Shown: positions 24,235 to 32,000 of the stretch, in pieces
How the letters are laid out: the number at the start of each line of letters is the position of its first letter
Position numbering within the stretch: position 1 is the first letter of the stretch
DNA from: Candidatus Diapherotrites archaeon CG08_land_8_20_14_0_20_30_16
GTDB taxonomy: Archaea; Iainarchaeota; Iainarchaeia; Iainarchaeales; 0-14-0-20-30-16
Length of the DNA: 32,000 nt
NCBI GenBank assembly: GCA_002779075.1
Contig: PEXK01000017.1
Span: 2,079-34,078, forward strand
Reading direction: 5' to 3'
Made by a program: the position numbers and the translations under genes
Notes under the pieces: generated by a model
The model's database searches: none
What the model saw: the letters and a program-made list of their open reading frames with translations, nothing else
What the model was told of the DNA's origin: nothing

Positions 24235-26718
24235 TTACTCTAAATGTATAGCTGGTTTGTTTGGCTTTGCTTTTCCTGATTTGTTTTGTGGGTCATATTT
24301 GTTTTTGTCATTAACAGCAAAAACTTTTGTGTGCAGATTTGTTCTTCTTTTAACAATATCTAATCCATTTTGATACATTGTCAACTCATTTGGAATTACA
24401 TAAACAAATGCTTTACTAACTGATTGTCCATGTTTTTCTTGTACGATTCTTAATATGTTGTTTATATCTTCACATAAATCATTTACTAATTTGTCTTCTT
24501 TATCAAACATATCATTTATTTTTGATTCATCACAAACTGGCCACTTTTCCAAAGATAAATAAGTTTTGTTTCCTAAATTGTGCCATAACTCTTCAGTTAT
24601 GTGTGGGCAAATTGGATGCAATAATTTTAATATAATTTCATAATTCTCTTTTGTTATTTCTTCTAAAGAATCCATAGCATTTACTGTTGCAATTATCGCT
24701 TTAGGATATTCAAAACTATCGATTGCATTTGTAGCAACCTTTATTGTTTTATTTATTTTGCTATCTAATCTTTCATCTTTTTTATTTGATAATTTTTCTG
24801 ATAATTTTATTAATCTAGCTATCGTTCTTGATGCCCCTTCTATTCCTTCATCAGACCATTCCATTTGTTTATCTGGTGAACAAACTAACATTAAAAATAA
24901 TCTTGCTGCATCAATACCATATTTATTTGAAATATCTGTTTGCAAAACAACATTTCCTTTTGATTTTGACATCTTATGTCCGTCTTTGTAAACTATTCCC
25001 AAAGTAAATAATTTTGAAAATGGTTCATCAAAATTAATATATCCCAGATCTTTTAAAACTTTTGTGAAAAAACGAGCATACATCAAATGCATAACTGCAT
25101 GTTCTGCACCTCCAATATATTGATCAACAGGCATCCAATAATTTACTTTTTTAATATCAAACGGTTTTTCTTTGTTTTTATTATCACAGTATCTCAAAAA
25201 ATACCACGAACTATCAACAAAACCGCCCATTGTATCTGTTTCTCGTTTTGCTTTCCCTTTACATTTAGGGCAAAGTGTGTTAATAAATTTGTTGCTTGTT
25301 GCCAAAGGATTTCCAGCTGTTTTGAAATCAACATCATTAGGTAATAAAACGGGTAGATCTTTTTCAGAAACTGGAACAACCCCACATTTATCGCAATATA
25401 CTACAGGAATTGGCGTACCCCAATATCTTTGTCTTGAAATCATCCAGTCCCTGATTTTATAATTTGTTGTTATCTTTCCTATTTTGTTTTTTTCTAACCA
25501 ACTAGCAATTTTTGGCAATGCTTCTTTGTTGTTTGTTTTCGAGAACTCCCCAGAGTTAAATAATATTCCATCATTAACAGACGCATCTTTAAAATCTTTT
25601 GGATCAATTGGTTTTCCATCTTTACTAATTACAAACTTCAAAGGTATATTATATTTTTTTGCAAACCTAAAATCTCTCTTATCGTGTGCATCACACATTA
25701 CAATTCCTGTGCCATACATTACTGCAAAATTCGAAATATAAATAGGTATTTTTTCTTTTGTTGTAGGATTTATTGCATATTTTCCTGTGAATATTCCTTC
25801 TTTTTCTTTTTCTTCATTAATTCTATCTTCGATTTTTTCTTTTGTTACTTTTTTTATAAAGTCATTAACCTCTTTTTCATATTTTGTTCCTTTTGTTAGT
25901 TCATTAACTAATGGACTTTCTGGAGCAATACACAAAAAAGTTACTGAAAAAATAGTATCGCATCTCGTTGTAAATGTTTCTAATATTTTATTTGAATTTT
26001 CCAAAGGAAAGAAAATATTTACCCCTTCACTTTTACCTATCCAATTTCTTTGCATTGTTTTAATCCTTTCTGGCCAATCAATTTTATCTAAATCATTTAA
26101 TAATCTATCAGCATAGTCAGTAATTTTGAAAAACCATTGATTCATATTTTTTTGTGTTACATTATTTCCACAACGCCAACATTTTCCTGCTTCTGCTTCC
26201 TCATTTGCTAAAACACTTTGACAAATCTCACACCAATTAACTGGTGCCTCTTTTTTATATGCTATGCCTTTTTCGAACATTTTAATAAAGAAAAATTGAT
26301 TCCATTTGTAATACTGTGATTCATGACTAGATAATATTCTTGACCAATCATAACTATTACCTAATGCTTTTTGGAATTTCATAATTTGTGCTATAGCGTC
26401 ATTAGTATACTTTTCTGGAGATATTCCTTCTTTTTTTGATGCAATCTCTGCTGGCAAGCCAAAAGAATCATAACCCATAGGATACAATACATTGTAACCT
26501 TGCATTCTTTTTACTCTAGCATAAACATCTCCTATTGTGTAAACTCTTACATGCCCCATATGCAAAAAGCTAGCACTAGGATAAGGGTACATCTCCAAAA
26601 CATAGCATTTCTTCTTCTTAGAATCTTCTTTCACTTCAAATATTTTATTTTTTTCCCATGCTTTTTGCCATTTCTTTTCAATGTCTATCATTTTTGCAAA
26701 TTCAGTCATATTTACCAC
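24235..26718 (-). CDS. leuS: Leucyl-tRNA synthetase, bacterial-type architecture
   Basis: The HIGH region is 'YPYPSASFLHMGHVRVYTIGDVYARVKRMQGYNVLYPMGYDSFGLPAE'. The Zn motif is 'VNWCEICQSVLANEE...CWRCG'. Also present are 'WPERIKTMQRNWIGKSEG', CP1 editing motifs 'TTRCDTIF' and 'GTGIVMCDAHDKRDFRFA', and 'KMSKSKGN'. The length is 827 aa. Confidence 0.9.
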   Translation of the reverse strand: MVNMTEFAKMIDIEKKWQKAWEKNKIFEVKEDSKKKKCYVLEMYPYPSASFLHMGHVRVYTIGDVYARVKRMQGYNVLYPMGYDSFGLPAEIASKKEGISPEKYTNDAIAQIMKFQKALGNSYDWSRILSSHESQYYKWNQFFFIKMFEKGIAYKKEAPVNWCEICQSVLANEEAEAGKCWRCGNNVTQKNMNQWFFKITDYADRLLNDLDKIDWPERIKTMQRNWIGKSEGVNIFFPLENSNKILETFTTRCDTIFSVTFLCIAPESPLVNELTKGTKYEKEVNDFIKKVTKEKIEDRINEEKEKEGIFTGKYAINPTTKEKIPIYISNFAVMYGTGIVMCDAHDKRDFRFAKKYNIPLKFVISKDGKPIDPKDFKDASVNDGILFNSGEFSKTNNKEALPKIASWLEKNKIGKITTNYKIRDWMISRQRYWGTPIPVVYCDKCGVVPVSEKDLPVLLPNDVDFKTAGNPLATSNKFINTLCPKCKGKAKRETDTMGGFVDSSWYFLRYCDNKNKEKPFDIKKVNYWMPVDQYIGGAEHAVMHLMYARFFTKVLKDLGYINFDEPFSKLFTLGIVYKDGHKMSKSKGNVVLQTDISNKYGIDAARLFLMLVCSPDKQMEWSDEGIEGASRTIARLIKLSEKLSNKKDERLDSKINKTIKVATNAIDSFEYPKAIIATVNAMDSLEEITKENYEIILKLLHPICPHITEELWHNLGNKTYLSLEKWPVCDESKINDMFDKEDKLVNDLCEDINNILRIVQEKHGQSVSKAFVYVIPNELTMYQNGLDIVKRRTNLHTKVFAVNDKNKYDPQNKSGKAKPNKPAIHLE

Positions 26719-26869
26719 TTAAATAGAAAATATATATGAATAAATAGGAAAAAGGTTTAAAAGGACTTTCTAGAAGCCTCTTTCAACATGTTTGTTATGT
26801 TTAAGCAAATTGTTTTTAATGTTGTTACGAGTATTATATTTACTGCACAGAGAATAATCTGGTATTATA

Positions 26870-28438
26870 ATGGGTGAGAAAATGTCTGAACAGACATTAC
26901 ATAGTGAAAAACTAATTGAAAAAATAATGACTTATGCAACAACTAAACAGATTGTTATAGGCAAAGATGCTATTTTTCAAATGTCAAACAATAATTATAT
27001 TGATATTATTAATGATGCTGATGAAAAAGGAATTTTTGTAATTAATAAAGATTTTGTTTTAGAATTTTTAAAAGAGCACCCCGAAATAAAAGAAACAGAA
27101 GAACTGCCACAAGATCATAAGATTGTTACAGGGCAGTTTCCAACAGAAATATTAAAGAGCATTTATATTCCTGCTGCTGACAACGATTCTGATTTAATTA
27201 TCCCAAAAGAGGAATATATTAGCGATAAAGAAAAATTCAAAGGCGACATTTCTGATTTTCAAGAATATTTTTTAACAAGATATAAAGAATTAAAAAAAAT
27301 TCTAATGAAACATCCAAATATAAATCCAATATCTAGCAAAGCTTTAAAATTTATGAAAGAGGGAGAATCAGTTTGCTTAATTGGAATGGTTTATGAAAAA
27401 AGAATAAGCAAAAAAGGGAATACAGTATTAACTTTAGATGATCTAGATGGTCAATTTAAAGTAGTTATATCGCCAACTTCAAAATTAATAGGGTTTGAAA
27501 AACTAGTAATAATTGAAGATGTAATTAGTGTAAAGGGAAGATGTTTTGGAAATGGAATGATATTTGCTGAAGAAATAGAATACCCTGGAATGACAAATAG
27601 AACAATGAAAAAAGCAAACAGAAACCTCAATTTATTGGTTACTTCGGACATTCATATTGGAAGCAAATTGTATTACGATGATATGTTCAAAGAATTTATT
27701 GAGTGGTTGAACTGCAAAAATGTTTCAAGTGTTGAAAGAGAAGAAATAAACAAAATAAAATACATTATTTTTAATGGAGATTGCGTTGATGGAATTGGTG
27801 TTTATCCGCAACAATTAACAGAATTAAATGTTATTGATATTTATGAACAATATGAAATTCTTGCTAACTATTTAGCACAAATACCAGAATATGTCGAGAT
27901 TTTAATTTTGCCAGGAAACCATGATGCAGTAAGAAGAGCAGATCCTCAACCACAAATTTCAAAAGATTTTGCAAAAGGATTATACGATTTGAAAAATTGT
28001 CACATGATTGGCTCGCCAGCTTGGGCACAGATTGAAGGTATAAATGTATTGGCGTACCATGGAAACTCAATGAATACTTTGCAACTTCAATTAAAAATTG
28101 ATCCTACAAAACCAGAACTGGCTATGGAACAATATCTGCTTAGAAGAGATTTATCATCCGTATATGGTGAAAAGCAACCAAATATTCCTGACAAAAAAGG
28201 AATTATGCTAATAAAAAAGGAACCAGATATTTTTGTTACGGGCCACATTCACAGTAATGGCTACAAATATTACAATGGCTGTTTAGCAGTTAATCCTGGT
28301 TGTTGGCAAGCGCAAACTGTTTTTCAAAAAGAACAGGGTCACATTCCTACCCCTGGAAGAGTGCCAATTATTCAATTAAATAAAGGAATGTATTTTGAGA
28401 AGGTGTTTAATAATGGAAATCCAAATATCCCCTTGTGA
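26870..28438 (+). CDS. polB: DNA polymerase D small subunit (DP1), calcineurin-like phosphoesterase/exonuclease
   Basis: An OB-fold region precedes the phosphoesterase motifs 'LLVTSDIHIGS', 'FNGDCVDGIGVYP', 'LPGNHD', 'AYHGNS' and 'VTGHIH'. The gene lies directly upstream of, and overlaps, the DP2 gene. Confidence 0.85.
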   Translation: MGEKMSEQTLHSEKLIEKIMTYATTKQIVIGKDAIFQMSNNNYIDIINDADEKGIFVINKDFVLEFLKEHPEIKETEELPQDHKIVTGQFPTEILKSIYIPAADNDSDLIIPKEEYISDKEKFKGDISDFQEYFLTRYKELKKILMKHPNINPISSKALKFMKEGESVCLIGMVYEKRISKKGNTVLTLDDLDGQFKVVISPTSKLIGFEKLVIIEDVISVKGRCFGNGMIFAEEIEYPGMTNRTMKKANRNLNLLVTSDIHIGSKLYYDDMFKEFIEWLNCKNVSSVEREEINKIKYIIFNGDCVDGIGVYPQQLTELNVIDIYEQYEILANYLAQIPEYVEILILPGNHDAVRRADPQPQISKDFAKGLYDLKNCHMIGSPAWAQIEGINVLAYHGNSMNTLQLQLKIDPTKPELAMEQYLLRRDLSSVYGEKQPNIPDKKGIMLIKKEPDIFVTGHIHSNGYKYYNGCLAVNPGCWQAQTVFQKEQGHIPTPGRVPIIQLNKGMYFEKVFNNGNPNIPL

Positions 28439-31400
28439 TAATCAAACAAGAAAATATTTTGAAGGTTTAATACAGAAGTCCGAAGAACTGTATAAAATAG
28501 CAGAAAGTGCAAGGGCTAAGGGGTTTGACTTAACAAACGAAGTAGAAATACAAAGAGCATCTAACTTGGCAGATAGAACAGAAAAAATTACTGGTCCAGA
28601 AGGGTTAACAAAAAGATATTTTGAAATTCTTGCAGAAACCGATGACAGAACAAAAACAATTTTTGCAATATTTAAAGAAATTGTTGAAAACAAATTAGGG
28701 AAATACAAAAATGATGAAGAAAAAATATCACAAGCAGTAAAAACAGCTTTAATGCTTTTGACGGAAGGTGTTGTTGTTGCCCCTGTTGATGGTTTGCCAG
28801 AAATTAAAATATCAGAAAATCCAGACAAAACAAAATATTTAAATTTGTTTTTTGCAGGCCCCATTAGAGCTGCTGGTGGAACAGCAACTGTTTTTCCTTT
28901 AATCTTGGGACATTATGGTTCAATATTAATGAACTTAGGCACATATAAACCAACAGAAACAGAAATCGAAAGATATGTTGAAGAAAATAAAATATATCAC
29001 AAAATAACATCGAGACAATATAAAGCAAGTGATGATGAAATAAGATACATTATAAAAAATTGCCCGATTTGTATAAATGGCGAAGGCACTGAAGATGAAG
29101 AAGTAGAAGCATTTAGAAACGTTAGAAATGTGCACACCAATAAAATTAGAGGAGGAACAATGCTTGTTATTAATGAAGGCATTGGATTAAAAGCCGCAAA
29201 ATTAATGCAGTTTGCAAAAAGTCTTAATTTGGATTGGTCTTGGTTAGAAAAATTTATTAAAGTAAAAAGTGTTGGTGGAAAAAAAGAAATTACCCCAATA
29301 AAAAAATATTTGGAAGGTGCAGCAGCAGGCAGACCAATATTTGCTTATCCTTCGAGATTTGGAGGATTTAGATTAAGGTATGGTCGAACAAGAACTACCG
29401 GATTAATGGGTACTGCAATTCACCCTGCAACAATGTATTTATTAGATGAATTTCCTGCTATGGGTGCACAATTGAAATTGGAGCGGCCAGGAAAAGCATC
29501 AACTATTTCAAGCTGTGATTCAATTGAAGGGCCAGTTATATTAACAGATGAAGGCGTAAAATATATTACAAAAAAAGAAGACATTCCAGAATCTGAAAAA
29601 ATAAAAAGAATTTTATTTTTAGGGGATATTTTAGTATCTTACGGCGATTTTAGAAAATCTGGACACCCTTTAGTGCCTGTTGGTTTTTGTGAAGAATGGT
29701 GGCACAAAATACTTTTGCAAAAAGCAAAAGAAAATACTTTGTTGGAACAATACACAAAAATTAATCCTCAAAATGTTGATGTTTATACTGCAATAAAATT
29801 AAGTGATGAATTTTCTTTGCCTCTGCACCCAAAATATCTTTTTTATTATAATCAATTAAATAAACAGGCAATAGAATACATCAAAAAAAAGATTGAAGAT
29901 GCAGAAATAAATTATTGTGATGGGAAAATTTGTGGATTAATATTAAATTATGATTTGGAATTAGAAAAATATTTTACCCGTGCTTTAATACCTTGTAAAA
30001 TAATTGAAAATACAGCAATAAAAATAGATGAAAACTGCGCATATCCTTTGTTGAAAACATTTGGAACAAATTCAAAAATGCAAATACCTGAAGAAGAAGA
30101 CCCTTTGAAAATATTGTCTTATTTGGCTGGATTTGAAATTAAAGATAAGGGTGGTATATTTGTTGGTGCGAGATTGGGACGGCCAGAAGCAGCAAAGCCA
30201 AGAAAAATGGATGGTTCTCCTCAAGCATTGTTTCCAATCAGCAAATTAGGGGGGGCAACAAGAAACATAAATAAAGCGGCAAGTATAAGATCACAAGAAT
30301 CTCGCGGTCTAACTGGAGAATCAAAAATAACTGAAATATCAATAAGACTTTTTAGGTGCCCTAAATGCCACGAGGAAATACCTTACAAATATTGTTTCAA
30401 CTGTAATATTGAAACAGAATATTTGTTGTTTTGTAATATTTGCAAGAAAACCCATTTAGAAAAAGAGTACACAAATAAAGAGAAGGTGTGCAGGTCCTGC
30501 AAAGGAAATCTAAATTATTTTAAACGAGGGAATTTTGATTTTTCAAAAATCTACACAGAAGCACTAAACCGCCTAAAAATTTATAATCCTCCAGATATGG
30601 TAAAGGGTGTTGAAGGATTAATATCAGATACCAAAGAATCAGAACCTGTTGAAAAAGGAATTTTAAGAGCTAAAAATAATGTTTATGTTTTTAAAGATGG
30701 CACATTAAGAGCAGATTTGCTTGACGCAAATCTATCACATATTAGACCAAAGGAGTTGGGTCTAAGTGTTGAAAAAGCAAAGGAATTGGGATATTTTTTT
30801 GATATTAACGGAAAAGAAATCGAAAATGATGAACAACTATTTCATTTGTATCCGCAAGATGTTATTATGAATTCAACAGTTGCAGATTATTTTGTCAAAG
30901 GTGCTAATTTTGTTGATGATTTGTTAGAATTGTTTTATCATTTACCAAAATATTATAATGCAAAAACAAAAGAAGATCTGATTGGACATTTTATTTTGGG
31001 TTTGGCGCCACACACATCTGCTGGTGTAGTAGGCAGAATAATTGGTTTTACTGACGCAAGGGTAATGTTCGCACACCCATATTATAACACTGCAAAAAGA
31101 AGAAATACAGATGGAGATCAAGATGGTGCATTATTAATGTTAGATGCATTATTAAATTTCTCATTGAGATATTTACCAATTAGAAGAGGAAGCAAAATGG
31201 ATGCGCCTCTTGTTGCGACTATAGTAATAAATCCAACAGAAATTGATGATGAAAGCCACGAAATGGAAATAGGGTATGATTATCCTTTAGAACTTTATTT
31301 GGCGGGAGAACAAATATCTGATCCAAATCTAAAAGAAATATCTATTATAAAAAGTGTTTTGAATACTGAAAAACAATTTACTAGTTTAGGTTTTTCATTA

Positions 31401-31862
31401 GACACCTCCCTCTTTGATGCCGGCCCGAAACAATCACGTTACACAAAATTAACAGACATGACTGAAAAAATATTGTTACAATGTTCATTACAAGAAAAAA
31501 TAGATGCTGTTGATAAAAAAGGAGCAATGGAATTGGTTGTTGGAACACATTTGTTTCCAGATTTAATTGGTAACGCCCGTGCTTACTGCAGACAACAATT
31601 TAGATGTTCAAAATGTAATACTAAATTCAGACGACTTCCTTTGTACAGCAACATAAAATGCCCTACTTGCAAACAAGGAAATATAATTCTAACAATATCA
31701 GAGGGCTCTGTAATAAAATATTTAAATATCGCAAAACAGCTGGTATACAACAAAGAATTATCAGAATACACTCAACAAAGATTACAGATATTAGAAAAAG
31801 AAATAGAATCAACATTTGCAAAAGAAAAAAGCAAACAAAGAGGCATAGGTGATTTCTTCTAA
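28413..31862 (+). CDS. polC: DNA polymerase D large catalytic subunit (DP2), intein-free
   Basis: 'FAGPIRAAGGTA', 'AAAGRPIFAYPSRFGGFRLRYGRTRTTG' and 'GLAPHTSAGVVGRIIGFT' are present. The catalytic 'KRRNTDGDQDG' carries the D-x-D-x-D triad. Zn-finger Cys clusters include CPKC...CFNC and CSKC...CPTC. I place the start at the ATG at 28413 ('MEIQISP'), which overlaps the DP1 3' end by 26 nt. Confidence 0.9.
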   Translation: MEIQISPCDNQTRKYFEGLIQKSEELYKIAESARAKGFDLTNEVEIQRASNLADRTEKITGPEGLTKRYFEILAETDDRTKTIFAIFKEIVENKLGKYKNDEEKISQAVKTALMLLTEGVVVAPVDGLPEIKISENPDKTKYLNLFFAGPIRAAGGTATVFPLILGHYGSILMNLGTYKPTETEIERYVEENKIYHKITSRQYKASDDEIRYIIKNCPICINGEGTEDEEVEAFRNVRNVHTNKIRGGTMLVINEGIGLKAAKLMQFAKSLNLDWSWLEKFIKVKSVGGKKEITPIKKYLEGAAAGRPIFAYPSRFGGFRLRYGRTRTTGLMGTAIHPATMYLLDEFPAMGAQLKLERPGKASTISSCDSIEGPVILTDEGVKYITKKEDIPESEKIKRILFLGDILVSYGDFRKSGHPLVPVGFCEEWWHKILLQKAKENTLLEQYTKINPQNVDVYTAIKLSDEFSLPLHPKYLFYYNQLNKQAIEYIKKKIEDAEINYCDGKICGLILNYDLELEKYFTRALIPCKIIENTAIKIDENCAYPLLKTFGTNSKMQIPEEEDPLKILSYLAGFEIKDKGGIFVGARLGRPEAAKPRKMDGSPQALFPISKLGGATRNINKAASIRSQESRGLTGESKITEISIRLFRCPKCHEEIPYKYCFNCNIETEYLLFCNICKKTHLEKEYTNKEKVCRSCKGNLNYFKRGNFDFSKIYTEALNRLKIYNPPDMVKGVEGLISDTKESEPVEKGILRAKNNVYVFKDGTLRADLLDANLSHIRPKELGLSVEKAKELGYFFDINGKEIENDEQLFHLYPQDVIMNSTVADYFVKGANFVDDLLELFYHLPKYYNAKTKEDLIGHFILGLAPHTSAGVVGRIIGFTDARVMFAHPYYNTAKRRNTDGDQDGALLMLDALLNFSLRYLPIRRGSKMDAPLVATIVINPTEIDDESHEMEIGYDYPLELYLAGEQISDPNLKEISIIKSVLNTEKQFTSLGFSLDTSLFDAGPKQSRYTKLTDMTEKILLQCSLQEKIDAVDKKGAMELVVGTHLFPDLIGNARAYCRQQFRCSKCNTKFRRLPLYSNIKCPTCKQGNIILTISEGSVIKYLNIAKQLVYNKELSEYTQQRLQILEKEIESTFAKEKSKQRGIGDFF

Positions 31863-32000
31863 TCTGGTAATCCTTATAAACCTTGCTCCAACATAATATA
31901 ATATATTGGCACTTTTTCCAAAAACAATTACAGTATGCTCACTTGACTTGTCAAAGACATACTTAAAGTTTTTGGCCAACCTAGCCTTTTTGTTAAAAAG

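Noticed and set aside
28395-28412. Upstream start for DP2 (MRRCLI...)
   Set aside because: The ATG at 28413 gives 'MEIQISP...' and a shorter overlap with DP1. The extra six residues have no support. This is uncertain but does not change the call.
22194-29182. Short ORFs overlapping lig, the HTH gene, leuS, DP1 and DP2 (for example 22194-22671, 23422-23777, 23894-24157, 24758-26739, 27451-28070, 28442-29182). The same applies to 31583-31852, 4133-4462, 9220-9429 and 11031-11213.
   Set aside because: Each is nested in, or antisense to, a long gene with clear family motifs. The translations are Phe/Leu/Ile/Ser-rich and low in complexity. None is supported.
31090-31125. DP2 catalytic motif reads DGDQDG rather than the DGDEDA I recall from Pyrococcus
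   Set aside because: The three Asp residues of the D-x-D-x-D triad are intact. The Glu-to-Gln change is at a non-triad position and is most likely normal lineage variation.
28413-31862. Intein or split-gene features in DP2, and similarly in lig and the ATPase
   Set aside because: The protein length and the continuous conserved blocks fit an uninterrupted DP2. I saw no intein splice-junction motifs or homing-endonuclease blocks.
31809-32000. Open frame on the - strand entering from the right edge (…ARLAKNFKYVFDKSSEHTVIVFGKSANILYYVGARFIRITR…)
   Set aside because: It could be the 3' end of a convergent gene. However, it has no recognisable motif, it would overlap the DP2 3' end by about 54 nt, and its start lies outside the window. 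There is not enough evidence to call it.

Overview
This is a visibly AT-rich, tightly packed stretch of archaeal chromosome. Many genes are separated by fewer than 25 nt or overlap by 1-26 nt. The gene set is archaeal. It includes both DNA polymerase D subunits (DP1 and DP2), the proteasome beta subunit, a KH/beta-CASP aCPSF1 ribonuclease, the Bud32 KEOPS kinase, Taw3 for wyosine synthesis, an archaeal-type ThrRS editing domain, RNase HII and an ATP-dependent DNA ligase. The strong AT bias, compaction and lysine-rich proteins suggest a small-genome (DPANN-like) archaeon, but that is inference only.

Several things stand out from the housekeeping background:
- A type IV pilus-like locus (ATPase, FlaJ/TadC-like platform protein, pilin-like protein) has a KilA-N gene, a decayed Bro-N fragment and a Schlafen/AlbA_2-type regulator packed inside it.
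- A three-gene operon of unknown function encodes a degenerate Nudix protein, an Arg-rich protein and a radical SAM enzyme.
- A hicB-hicA module includes a hicA that the ORF track missed. Its start is one transition away from a canonical ATGA overlap.
- A free-standing 141-aa ThrRS editing-domain homologue is present.
- The leucyl-tRNA synthetase is of the bacterial type.
- An intergenic 71-bp tandem repeat carries a hairpin that is kept by three compensatory base-pair changes in its divergent third copy.

One intron-less tRNA-Trp(CCA) is present. I saw no CRISPR array, rRNA, transposase or intein. All family assignments come from motifs I recognise by eye, not from database searches.
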